From positions 1,408,001 through 1,472,000 of the forward strand of contig CAWETI010000002.1 of the NCBI GenBank assembly GCA_963812015.1: 64,000 nucleotides of DNA, read 5' to 3'. Position 1 is the first letter of the stretch; each line of letters opens with the position of its first letter. Made by a program: the position numbers and the translations under genes. Under the pieces are notes generated by a model, which did not search any database, was not told the DNA's origin, and worked only from the letters and a program-made list of their open reading frames with translations. Of the stretch, positions 39,793 through 49,086 are shown in pieces. Source of the stretch: an uncultured delta proteobacterium (GTDB taxonomy: Bacteria > Desulfobacterota > Desulfobaccia > Desulfobaccales > 0-14-0-80-60-11).

Positions 39793-40455
39793 TCAAGGGC
39801 CGAACTCGATGGGCCGGGGCAGGGGAGTCACTTTCCGACCCACTTCCCCGGCCCAGTCCGCCTCAGGCGGCGTCTCCTCCCAGGGGATGGGATAGGGTGA
39901 GAACAGGTGCTCCGGGGGAATTTGCCCCCGAAACCCTTGGACCACCACGGAGCAGGACAGGGTGAGTTCGCGGTCCAGGTTGCCGATGGTAAGGTGAAAG
40001 CCGTCTTCGAAGCGTTCGTCCTGCCAATCCCTGAGGGAGTGAAACGCGTCCAACCCGGCATGGCTGTGGATGGTGCCCAGGCGGGTGAGTCCCGCCGGGA
40101 ACTCCCTGACCTCGTAATCGCAATGGCCACCCCCCACGGTCTGGTGGGGCACGACCAGTTCGTAGGTCCGGGTGGCTTCCCGCCAGGCCAACAGAACCAC
40201 GGCTTCGCTTTCGTAGCGGGTATAAACGGCCCGGAAGAAGGCCACGGCCCGGAGCAGCAGGGCGGCGGGCAGGGGAGGGGCGCTCAGGCGGATATCGGGC
40301 CCCTGGGACTCGAGCCAGGGAATGCCCGGGGCCGGGACCACAGCCTCAAAGAAGGGAGTCCGTTTCACCAGGAACAACCCATCCCGGGTGAGGAGATAAT
40401 AGATGGTGTCGGCGGGCGGGGAATAATCCCGGTCTTTCAGATAAATGGGTAACAT
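39793..40455 (-). CDS. JAB/MPN (JAMM) metallopeptidase
   Basis: SEAVVLLAW (catalytic E) and GTIHSHAGLDAFHSLRD (HxH-x7-S-x2-D). Confidence 0.88.
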   Translation of the reverse strand: MLPIYLKDRDYSPPADTIYYLLTRDGLFLVKRTPFFEAVVPAPGIPWLESQGPDIRLSAPPLPAALLLRAVAFFRAVYTRYESEAVVLLAWREATRTYELVVPHQTVGGGHCDYEVREFPAGLTRLGTIHSHAGLDAFHSLRDWQDERFEDGFHLTIGNLDRELTLSCSVVVQGFRGQIPPEHLFSPYPIPWEETPPEADWAGEVGRKVTPLPRPIEFGP

Positions 40456-40605
40456 GCAGTTTTGGGGCAGGCTAGGGCTCTCATAAAAATTTTACCGGTT
40501 GATGGGTTTCTCCCGGGAAGTATGGCCAGTGATCGTCGTTGGGGCCATCTGCCAACCCGTGAGGTTTGCACTCCCCGACCGGCCGGAGTTTCGACCTGAA
40601 ATATT

Positions 40606-40920
40606 TCAGAAGCATGTGGGTGCGATGAACACCAGGAGCCGGATTTGCGTATGGGCCTTGAGACCGTGGGGTTCGGCCACCGGCATGATCTGGGTCTGTC
40701 CGGCCCTGGCCGGCATTGCATGGGCGCCGGTAAACTCGCCTTCCCCTTCCAGGATGAGGAGGGCGACGTCCGAGTCGGCGGGGTGGGAATGAACCGGCAA
40801 TTCCTGCCCGGGCTCAAAGTTGAAAGCCAGTACCCGCAGATTGGGAGAATCATAGAGAAGTTCCCGATAAGGCTTGTCAGCAGTGAATTTGTCCACTTTC
40901 GCCAAGTCAATGAGGTTCAT
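40606..40920 (-). CDS. Cupin-domain protein
   Basis: FEPGQELPVHSH, ILEGEGEF, EPHGLKA. Confidence 0.9.
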   Translation of the reverse strand: MNLIDLAKVDKFTADKPYRELLYDSPNLRVLAFNFEPGQELPVHSHPADSDVALLILEGEGEFTGAHAMPARAGQTQIMPVAEPHGLKAHTQIRLLVFIAPTCF

Positions 40921-41141
40921 CTAGCCTCCCGCGGCCCTCAGCCGAAAAACATCTGCCTCCACCGGCCAGTCGTCTCCCGGTCACGGGGCCATGAGGCCTG
41001 GAGCGGAAGCCTGAAATTCCTCCGAGGTTCCGCCCGCGCCCGGGATAACCCTGGGCGGGGGTGAACGGTAATCTCCGATCAGGTGGATAAGTTTCTGAAA
41101 TCATAAATTTTTCGGCAAGTTTTGTCAATCCTGGCCAAGGT

Positions 41142-41591
41142 CTAAAACGCCTTCCTGCTATCCAGGAGCAGGGTGACGGGCCCGTCATTGATGAGACCCA
41201 CGTCCATCATCTGGCGAAAGCGACCGGTGGCCACCCTGAGGCCGAAGCCGGACATAAACTGGACCAGGTCCTCGTAGAGTTTTTCCGCCACTTCCGGGGT
41301 GGCCGCGGCGTCGAAGGAGGGGCGCCGCCCCTTGCGGCAATCACCCAGGAGGGTGAACTGGGATACCAGAAGAACTTCAGCCTTGAGGTCCAGAAGGGAA
41401 AGATGCATCAGGCGCCCGTCCCCGGCAAAAACCCGGAGGTGCGCCAGCTTTTGGGCCAGGGCGGCCACGTCACCGGGGCCGTCATCCTGGGCCACCCCCA
41501 CTAAAACCAACAGGCCCACGCCGATCCTGGCAACCTCTTCCTCATTTACCCGGACCCAGGCCTCTTTGACCCGTTGCACCACCGCCCGCAT
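41142..41591 (-). CDS. dtd: D-aminoacyl-tRNA deacylase
   Basis: MRAVVQRV, SQFTL, KGRRPSF, NDGPVT. Confidence 0.97.
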   Translation of the reverse strand: MRAVVQRVKEAWVRVNEEEVARIGVGLLVLVGVAQDDGPGDVAALAQKLAHLRVFAGDGRLMHLSLLDLKAEVLLVSQFTLLGDCRKGRRPSFDAAATPEVAEKLYEDLVQFMSGFGLRVATGRFRQMMDVGLINDGPVTLLLDSRKAF

Positions 41592-41870
41592 ACCCATCCC
41601 CCCAGCGTCTCTGATGACGCTATCATAGCATCACCGGCGGGCCGATGCCAAAAGCTTATCTCGGTCACCGCCGCCCCTTGCCTATCAGCCAGGCTAAATA
41701 AACCTCAGCAATCGTGTCAAGATGGAGCAGTTTTCCCTGAAAACCCAGCCGGCCGCTATCCCCCTTGCCGGGGAAATCTTCCCGCGCCTGCGTTATAGGA
41801 TTGTGTTATCGGGTATGGGTATGATAAGTTTAACAAGCAAACCTCTAAACAGGAAATCGATCCCGGCATC

Positions 41871-42464
41871 ATGGCTTCCACCCCCGTTTCCCAGGCCAAT
41901 CTCACCATACCCAACGTCATCACCCTGGTCCGTATTATCCTGACTCCCCTCTTCATCATTTTTTTGATCCAGGGATATTATCAAAAAGCGCTGGCAGTAT
42001 TTCTGCTGGCTGGATTGAGCGACCTGGCGGACGGTCTCATCGCCCGGGTCTGGCACCAGAAATCCCGCCTGGGGAGCTACCTCGATCCCCTGGCGGACAA
42101 AATCCTCATGGCCGCCAGTTTCGTCACCTTGAGCATTTACCGGGAGATCCCTTCCTGGCTGACGGTGGTGGTTCTCAGCCGGGATGTAGCCCTGGCCCTG
42201 GGGGTGGTGATCTTTCGCCTGGCGGATATCCCTCTGGTGGTCAGGCCCTCCCTGGCGGGCAAATGGACCACCACCTTCCAGGTGAGTACGGTGTTCCTGG
42301 TGCTGGTGGGCAAGCTCTGGCCCGTTCCGCCCCTGGTATTGGTGGCCTTTTTCTGGGTGACCGGTATCCTGACCACCGTCTCCGGGATAGGCTACCTCTA
42401 TGGCGGGATCAAGATGATGAACGCGTCCCAGGGAAATGGCTCCCGGGGGGACAGCCGTGGCTGA
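41871..42464 (+). CDS. CDP-alcohol phosphatidyltransferase (PgsA/cardiolipin synthase-like)
   Basis: TIPNVITLVR, SDLADGLIAR, GSYLDPLADK. Confidence 0.93.
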   Translation: MASTPVSQANLTIPNVITLVRIILTPLFIIFLIQGYYQKALAVFLLAGLSDLADGLIARVWHQKSRLGSYLDPLADKILMAASFVTLSIYREIPSWLTVVVLSRDVALALGVVIFRLADIPLVVRPSLAGKWTTTFQVSTVFLVLVGKLWPVPPLVLVAFFWVTGILTTVSGIGYLYGGIKMMNASQGNGSRGDSRG

Positions 42465-43011
42465 AATCATCGACCTGGAACGCTTCCGGTCGAAGATCGC
42501 CGCGGACCAGGGGTTCCGCTCCTGGCTGGCTCGCTTCCAGGAGCAATTCGGGCCCGACACCCGGCTGCAGGATCTGAGCCCGTCCACCCTCCTATACCTG
42601 GCCACTCCGGGGGAGGAGAACCTCTACGTCTTCTTCGACCTGGTAATGGGGGCCCAGGGACTGGGGGGATCGGTGCGCTTCCGCCTGGATGACCTGGATA
42701 ATGACGTCAAGATGAAGATTATGGACACCGCCTTTGCCTTGGTGGATCGGGTGCGGTTCGAAGTCATGCGCCGCCTGGGATGGGTGGCGGCGGAGCCGGA
42801 GGCGGATGCCCCCATTATCGAACTGGTGCGCCGGGCCTGGCGTCAAGGGGCCAAATTTGGCCAGGATTCCCCGGTCCTCGCCCCGGACTATCCGGATTAC
42901 CCGGCCTATGCCCGCCTCAACCCCATGGACCGGGTGGTCTTTCTGCGCCGGCTCATTCCCCGGGCAGTAGTCTCCTTCCGCGCCCTGGTGGAACCAGCTT
43001 CGCCGGAATAA
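42457..43011 (+). CDS. Hypothetical protein
   Basis: GTG start overlapping the upstream stop; host-like codon pattern. Confidence 0.7.
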   Translation: MAEIIDLERFRSKIAADQGFRSWLARFQEQFGPDTRLQDLSPSTLLYLATPGEENLYVFFDLVMGAQGLGGSVRFRLDDLDNDVKMKIMDTAFALVDRVRFEVMRRLGWVAAEPEADAPIIELVRRAWRQGAKFGQDSPVLAPDYPDYPAYARLNPMDRVVFLRRLIPRAVVSFRALVEPASPE

Positions 43012-43098
43012 CCCCTTTTCTTCTCCTTGCCGTTCTCTGGCGTCTTCATCCCGGCAGTATTATTCCTCGGGTTCAACCATGCTTATAGAACCTGATTG

Positions 43099-43192
43099 AA
43101 ATCCCCCTAAATCCCCCTTTTGCAAAGGGGGACTTTCTCAGGAATCCGGCGCAGTTCCCTCCTTTGACAAAGGGGGGATAGGGGGGATTTTT
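43099..43192. repeat. Family B palindromic repeat pair
   Basis: AAATCCCCCTAAATCCCCCTTTTGCAAAGGGGGAC...AAAGGGGGGATAGGGGGGATTT. Confidence 0.8.
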
Positions 43193-43303
43193 CTCTGAGG
43201 GGTCAGGTGAAAAAAGTCATCGGTTAATTGCCCAGATTAATATCTTTCGGGAGGCGGTGGAAGCAGCCTTATTGGCCCCTCCCCCAGATCCGGATGTGGC
43301 TCT

Positions 43304-43846
43304 TCACCACCAGAATTCGGGGTAGCGGCGCCGGGGGGCCAGGTTGTTGACCAGCAGGGCCACCACCAGCATGACCAGGGCGCCCGCGGCCACGGGCACC
43401 AGGGCGTAGAGATAGCCCAGGTTGGTCACCTTGGGGCCGCTGATCACCGCGATGAGGGCGGTGGCGCCGCCCGGAGGGTGGAGGGTCTTGGTGGCGTGCA
43501 TTACGGCGATGCTGGTGGCCACCGCCAGGGCCGCAGCCAACCAGAGATTGGGTTCAAGGAGCTTGAAGGCGGTCACCCCGATGAGGGCCGAAATGACGTG
43601 GCCGCCCAGGAGGTTGCGGGGTTGGGCCAGGGGGCTCTTGATGGCCCCGTAAATGAGCACCGCCGAGGCCCCGAACGAGCCGATGATCATGACCAGGTCG
43701 GTCTTATCCATGAAGCCGTAATTAATATAGGCCACCGCGGCGATCCCCAGGAAGCCCCCCAGCCACGACCAGAAAATTTCCGCCAGGCCGACCCCGGGGG
43801 GACTCTGGGTGGTGCCGGTCATCTTGCGGAAGTAAGCCCTGATCAT
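43304..43846 (-). CDS. HPP family membrane protein
   Basis: SFGASAVL, SPLAQPRN..GGH, LHPPGGATAL, RRYPEFW. Confidence 0.95.
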   Translation of the reverse strand: MIRAYFRKMTGTTQSPPGVGLAEIFWSWLGGFLGIAAVAYINYGFMDKTDLVMIIGSFGASAVLIYGAIKSPLAQPRNLLGGHVISALIGVTAFKLLEPNLWLAAALAVATSIAVMHATKTLHPPGGATALIAVISGPKVTNLGYLYALVPVAAGALVMLVVALLVNNLAPRRRYPEFWW

Positions 43847-44454
43847 GACACTTTCCTCCCCATGGTGGCCTTAACGATGTCCCCCCGGGATACCAGGCCC
43901 AGGAGGCGGCCGGCCGGGTCGGTGACCGGAGCCCGGTTGATGCCCCGGTCGGTGAGCAGGGCGGCAATGGTCCGCACCGGGGTGTCCGGGGCCACGGTGA
44001 CGGCCGGGGAGGTCATGATGTCCGCGGCCAGGGAGCGCTTTATGGGCAGGGCCACGCAGCCTTTGGTTTTCAGGCAGCCCGCCACCAGGCTCATGAAGTT
44101 CTTGGGTTCTGTGACTCCCATGTGGGTCAGGAAATCTTTTTCCGAAATGACCCCCACCACCTTATGTTCGGCGTCCACCACGGGCAGTCCCGACACCCCC
44201 CGCCGGCCCATGGCGGCGGCCACTTCGGCCACCGGCGTGTCGGGATTGACCGCGACCACGTCGGTGGTCATGATCTCGGCGGCGGTGACCTCCCGGCTCA
44301 AGCGCTCCAAGGCGTGTTGAAAGGCCAGGCGGTAGAGCTCTTTAAAATCAGCCGGGGTGATATCCAAGTACCCCGGGATGGCGCGCATGGCCTCGTAGAT
44401 ATCTTCGTCTTTGAGCTCAATGCCAGCCGGGAAATCCTTCAAATTATCAGGCAT
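43843..44454 (-). CDS. CBS-domain protein
   Basis: IMTTDVVAV, LPVVD...VVGVISE.D, IMTSPAVTV, GLVSRGD; ATGA overlap with the HPP gene. Confidence 0.93.
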   Translation of the reverse strand: MPDNLKDFPAGIELKDEDIYEAMRAIPGYLDITPADFKELYRLAFQHALERLSREVTAAEIMTTDVVAVNPDTPVAEVAAAMGRRGVSGLPVVDAEHKVVGVISEKDFLTHMGVTEPKNFMSLVAGCLKTKGCVALPIKRSLAADIMTSPAVTVAPDTPVRTIAALLTDRGINRAPVTDPAGRLLGLVSRGDIVKATMGRKVS

Positions 44455-44629
44455 GGAATACCCCTTCCTGGCCACAGGCCGGAAAGCCTGTCACCAATTG
44501 TTGCGGGTCTATTGGGAAAAAATAACCATGATTCGCGATTGTTCCACCTTAATTTCCTGATACTATGGGGGGAAATTCAATGCCTCAAGAAAAAATTAAG
44601 CAAGTTATATTTCGGTTTAAGGGTTTTTT

Positions 44630-46420
44630 ATGGATGGGAAGATAACACGGCTGATCAAACGCCGCATCGCCCCGGACCGTTATGGCTGGTCCGGCCATTT
44701 CCGTTGGCCGCTCATGAGCATTGCGGTGGGCGTGGTCTCCGGCTTGGGGGCCATTCTCTTTGAAGTACTCTTGAAAAATGCACTCTACTATTTATTGCAT
44801 CTGCCCACCGGCTTCATAGAACCGGTAAAAGGGATGAATGCGGCAGCCGTGGCCGCCCTGGCCGGGACCCAATCCTGGCTGGTTCTTGTTATTCCCGCCC
44901 TGGGGGGGCTGATATCGGGGCTTCTGGTTTTTTTAATCGCCCCGGAAGCGGAAGGGCACGGGACCGATGCCATGATCGAAGCCTTTCACCGCCGAGGCGG
45001 CTATATTCGTAAACGGGTACCGCTGGTGAAGATTGTGGCTTCCGCTCTTACCATCGGCAGCGGCGGTTCCGCCGGCAAAGAAGGCCCCATCGCCCAGATC
45101 GGGGCGGGTTTTGGCTCTTTCTTTGCCACGATTTTAAAACTCAAACCCCGGGACCGGCGCATCCTGGTGCTGGCGGGTGCGGCCGGCGGCATCGGGGCCA
45201 TCTTCCATGCGCCCCTGGGGGCGGCGCTCTTCGCCCCGGAAGTACTCTACCGGGAAACGGAGTTTGAATCCGAGGCCATTTTACCCTGTATTGTCTCCTC
45301 CATCGTAGCTTCCTCCATCTTTGACCAGTATTTCGGGCGAACTGCCCTCTTTTTCCCGGGGCCGGTGGATTTCGCACCGGTGGAGCTTTTGCCCTACGCC
45401 ATCTTTGGGCTGGTATGCGCCCTGGTGGGCTACCTTTACGTGAAGCTGTTCTATGACGTGATCCGGGACCGGTTTTTTAGGCGAGTGCCGATTCCCATTT
45501 CTTTGAAACCCGCCTTGGGAGGACTGATGCTGGGCGTTATCGCCTTCTATTTGCCGCAGGTGATGGATGGCGGTTACGGCTGGGTGCAGACGGCCCTGGA
45601 GGGCAAGATCTTCTGGGGCACCATGTTGCTGCTGGCCCTGGCAAAAATTGTGGCCACGTCCTGCACTATCAGTTCCGGAGGGAGCGGCGGCGTCTTTGGC
45701 CCGTCGGTCTTCATGGGGGCCATGCTGGGTGGCGCCTTTGGCTTTCTGGGGCATCAACTGGCGCCGGGTTGGGTGATCCACCCCAACGCCTTTGTCCTGG
45801 TGGGCATCGGCGGCTTCTTCGCCGGGGTGGCCAAGGTGCCGGTGGCCTCCATCATTATGTCTTGCGAGATGTGCGCCAGCTATACCCTGCTGGTGCCCCT
45901 GATGTTAGTGTCCACCATCTCTTATCTGTTGTTGGGCAAGGTCAGCCTCTATGAAAAACAGGTGGTGGACCGGCTAGCCTCTCCGGCCCATATGACCGAG
46001 TTTGCCCGGGAGATATTGGAACAGATGCAGGTGGCCGAGGTGGTCAAACCTCGTAAGGTGACCACAATCCCCGAAAATATGCCCCTGGATCAGCTCATTC
46101 AGGTGGTCACCCACTCCAGTGAAACCTATTTCCCGGTAGTGGATCAAACCGGCCGGATGACCGGGATCTTCTCCATTAACGATATCCGGGAAGTGATGTT
46201 CGAGGCGAGTCTGGGCCATCTGGTGGTGGCTGAAGATGTGGCCACCCTCAACGTGGTGCGGGTCTTCGGAGACGATTCTTTGCAGGAAGCCCTGGATAAG
46301 ATGGTCCGGTTGAACGTCGATGAATTGCCGGTGGTGGAGGCAGAGGCCCCGGAAAAAATTGTCTCCATGATCTCCAAACGGGAGATCATCGGTTACTACC
46401 ATTCCCAGGGGAAGTCCTAA
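44630..46420 (+). CDS. ClC chloride channel / H+/Cl- antiporter with CBS domains
   Basis: GHGTD, GKEGP, GVFGP, SLYEKQ; C-terminal CBS pair. Confidence 0.95.
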   Translation: MDGKITRLIKRRIAPDRYGWSGHFRWPLMSIAVGVVSGLGAILFEVLLKNALYYLLHLPTGFIEPVKGMNAAAVAALAGTQSWLVLVIPALGGLISGLLVFLIAPEAEGHGTDAMIEAFHRRGGYIRKRVPLVKIVASALTIGSGGSAGKEGPIAQIGAGFGSFFATILKLKPRDRRILVLAGAAGGIGAIFHAPLGAALFAPEVLYRETEFESEAILPCIVSSIVASSIFDQYFGRTALFFPGPVDFAPVELLPYAIFGLVCALVGYLYVKLFYDVIRDRFFRRVPIPISLKPALGGLMLGVIAFYLPQVMDGGYGWVQTALEGKIFWGTMLLLALAKIVATSCTISSGGSGGVFGPSVFMGAMLGGAFGFLGHQLAPGWVIHPNAFVLVGIGGFFAGVAKVPVASIIMSCEMCASYTLLVPLMLVSTISYLLLGKVSLYEKQVVDRLASPAHMTEFAREILEQMQVAEVVKPRKVTTIPENMPLDQLIQVVTHSSETYFPVVDQTGRMTGIFSINDIREVMFEASLGHLVVAEDVATLNVVRVFGDDSLQEALDKMVRLNVDELPVVEAEAPEKIVSMISKREIIGYYHSQGKS

Positions 46421-46449
46421 AGCAAAGCCGCGATCAAAGCGCAGAAGAA

Positions 46450-46492
46450 GAAATGGGGAAATGAGCCGCATCGGGCCATTTCCCCATTTTTT
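46450..46492. terminator. Bidirectional terminator-like hairpin between convergent genes
   Basis: AAATGGGGAAATG...CATTTCCCCATTT. Confidence 0.7.
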
Positions 46493-47664
46493 TAGCCGGT
46501 GCGCTCCTTCTTGTAGAGGGGCGACATCTCCCGCAGGGTCTGGACGATGCCCGGCAACACCTTGATCACTTTGTCAATATCAGCCTCGGTATTATCCATG
46601 CCCAGGGTGAAGACCAGGGTGCCCTGAGCCAGGGCGTGGCCCAGGCCGGTGCCGATGAGCACGTGAGAGGCGCGCAGCGATCCGGAGGCGCAGGCGGACC
46701 GGGTGGCCACGATGATGCCTTCCTCGTCCAGCATGAGCACCAGGCTTTCGCCCTCGACATATTCCACCGAGACGGAGAGGAGATGCGGCAGGCATTGGGT
46801 GGGATTGCCGTTGATTCTGATTTCAGGGATGCGCTCGGCCAGCCCCTTGGTCAGGCGGTTCTGGAGGGCCTGGATGCGAGGCAGACGTTCGGGCATCTCC
46901 AGGCGGGCCCTCTCCGCGGCCACGCCCAGGCCCACGATGCCGATTAGGTTCTCCGTGCCGGCCCGGCGTTTGTTCTCCTGGAGGCCGCCGTCGATGAGGG
47001 GCCAGATGGGCGTGCCCTTGCGGACGTAGAGCGCCCCGACTCCTGGGGGGCCGTAGAACTGGTTGGCCGCCAGGCTCAACAGGTTTACCCCCAACTCCTG
47101 CACGTCCACGGGGATAATGCCGGTGGCGGCCACCGCGTCGGTATGCATCACCACCTTGTGCTTCTTGGCGATGGCGGCGATTTCGGCGATGGGTTCGATG
47201 GTGCCGATCTCATTGTTGGCCAGCATAATGCTGATGAGGATGGTTTCGGGCGTTATGGCCTTCTCCACCGCGGCCGGGTCCACCATGCCGTATTTATCCA
47301 CATCCAGGGAAGTGACCCGATAATCCAGGAGGCGGAGGGTCCGGAGAGAATTCAAGACCGACTTGTGCTCGATATTGGAGGTGATGATGTGGCGACCCTT
47401 CTCCCGGAGCCCGATGGCGATCCCCTTGATGGCATGGTTGACGGACTCGGTGCCGCCGGAGTTGAATACCACCTCTTTGGGGTCGGCGTTGATCAGGGCG
47501 GCCACCTGCTCCCTGGCCTGTTCCAGGGCCTGGCCGGCCGGCAGCCCTATCTGGTGTTCGCTGGAAGGGTTGCCGAAGACGGTATTAATATAATTGATCA
47601 TCGCCTCCTTCACCATGGGGTGAAGAGGCGTGGCAGCTAAATGGTCCAGATAGATTACACCCAT
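46492..47664 (-). CDS. iscS: IscS/NifS-family protein lacking the PLP-binding lysine
   Basis: YLDH, GNPSS, IEHKSV, ANNEIGT, RAGTEN, SACASG; SLAANQFYGP replaces SxHKxYGP. Confidence 0.9.
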   Translation of the reverse strand: MGVIYLDHLAATPLHPMVKEAMINYINTVFGNPSSEHQIGLPAGQALEQAREQVAALINADPKEVVFNSGGTESVNHAIKGIAIGLREKGRHIITSNIEHKSVLNSLRTLRLLDYRVTSLDVDKYGMVDPAAVEKAITPETILISIMLANNEIGTIEPIAEIAAIAKKHKVVMHTDAVAATGIIPVDVQELGVNLLSLAANQFYGPPGVGALYVRKGTPIWPLIDGGLQENKRRAGTENLIGIVGLGVAAERARLEMPERLPRIQALQNRLTKGLAERIPEIRINGNPTQCLPHLLSVSVEYVEGESLVLMLDEEGIIVATRSACASGSLRASHVLIGTGLGHALAQGTLVFTLGMDNTEADIDKVIKVLPGIVQTLREMSPLYKKERTG

Positions 47665-47694
47665 GAGAATATCCTCATTTCCCGGCCTGGGACA

Positions 47695-48216
47695 TCAGTG
47701 GTCATGCTCATGGGGTATATCCTTCCCACAAAAAATGCACATAGGAGAATCTTCCTCCACCTGCTTCGAACAATAGGGACAGTAGCAGCCTTCGCGTTCA
47801 TGCTTGTGGTGGGGCTCCTTGTCCAGGTCGGTTTCAGGAACTTTCCCGGCTTTGCGGTCCAGGTAGTTCTTGATGGCCGAATGCAGGGCATCGGCTCCCA
47901 GGTTGGAACAGTGGAGCTTGTTGGGGGGCAGACCGCCCAAAGCCGCGGCCACGTCCGCATTGGTAATCTTCATGGCCTCCGGCAGGGTTTTGCCCCTAGC
48001 CATTTCGGTGATCATGCTGGAAACCGCGATGGCGGCGCCGCAGCCGAAGGTCTTGAACTTGACGTCGACGATGCGGTCATTCTCAACCTTGATGTACACA
48101 TTCATCATATCCCCGCACACGGGGTTGCCAACTTCGCCCACCCCATCGGCGTGGATAATTTCGCCCACATTGCGAGGATTCTTAAAGTGATCCAGTACTA
48201 TTGGGGAATATGCCAT
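47695..48216 (-). CDS. iscU: Fe-S scaffold IscU/NifU-N with C-terminal CxxC-CxxC extension
   Basis: DHFKNPRNVG, GNPVCGD, FKTFGCGAAIA, LPPNKLHCS. Confidence 0.95.
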   Translation of the reverse strand: MAYSPIVLDHFKNPRNVGEIIHADGVGEVGNPVCGDMMNVYIKVENDRIVDVKFKTFGCGAAIAVSSMITEMARGKTLPEAMKITNADVAAALGGLPPNKLHCSNLGADALHSAIKNYLDRKAGKVPETDLDKEPHHKHEREGCYCPYCSKQVEEDSPMCIFCGKDIPHEHDH

Positions 48217-48482
48217 GTTCTTCTCCCATTCAGGTGAGTTCAACAAAATTTTTCTCGTATATTATAGTAAGATTTATCAGGTTGAGGGTCAAGTGGAACC
48301 GCTCCCGGCCCCGGGAATTCTTTGGATAAAGGCGCTTTTTCCTTCAGGGCGGCGCCTGAACTCAAAAGGTGAAAAAGGCGCGCAATTTTGCTGAATAACC
48401 GGGGCAATCCAGGTACAATCGTCATTAAAGAGGCGCCCGGCGCCCCTCTTGCATCCTCTCATCAACCTCACCGAGGCCTGCT

Positions 48483-48995
48483 ATGCTGATACCCTGCTCC
48501 CGGGCCCAGGCCATCTTTGCCGCCCAAGGCGTCAGGCTGGACCGCCACACCCCGGGCTTCATGGTCTGGGACGAACACGGCGGCACCTATGTCCTCCGGG
48601 TGGAGGAACTGGCGGCCACGGAAGTCGTCTCGGACGAATCGGCAACCGGCATCCTCTTGGAAATCCCTCTGTCTTCCCGGGAGACCCTGAGACGCGACCT
48701 GGAAGAGTTCGCCGCGCAGCAACAGCTCCCCCTGGCCCCGCCGTCGGGTCCGGAACTGGCGGAAGCGGTCATCCTGACTGCCTGCCATCTACCAGGGCAG
48801 AATCTGTTCATTTTTGCCGAAGAGCCGGAGGTGGTGGCAAGAAGACGCGGGGAAACCCTGGAAATCGCGGTATCCGGTACGTTTAAGGCCCGGCGAGTTC
48901 CCTGCCAGGCAACCGACCTGGTCATTCACCTCACCAAGGCCGCCATGGCCAGGTTAGTCGCCTTGGTCCTCAGCCTGGCCCGGGCCGGGGATTGA
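48483..48995 (+). CDS. Hypothetical protein
   Basis: 170-aa ORF with host-like codon pattern and GAGG RBS. Confidence 0.7.
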   Translation: MLIPCSRAQAIFAAQGVRLDRHTPGFMVWDEHGGTYVLRVEELAATEVVSDESATGILLEIPLSSRETLRRDLEEFAAQQQLPLAPPSGPELAEAVILTACHLPGQNLFIFAEEPEVVARRRGETLEIAVSGTFKARRVPCQATDLVIHLTKAAMARLVALVLSLARAGD

Positions 48996-49086
48996 GAAGC
49001 GGACCGGTGCGTCCGCCTTCACGCATACCCCCGGTGCGCCATGCATGGCGTCCGCCATGGCAGGCCCTGGCGAAATGAGAGGTTAT

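Noticed and set aside
40921..41141. Possible small ubiquitin-like ORF upstream of the cupin/JAB/E1 genes
   Set aside because: Minus-strand frames give Pro/Gly/Arg-rich peptides with no beta-grasp pattern or convincing RBS.
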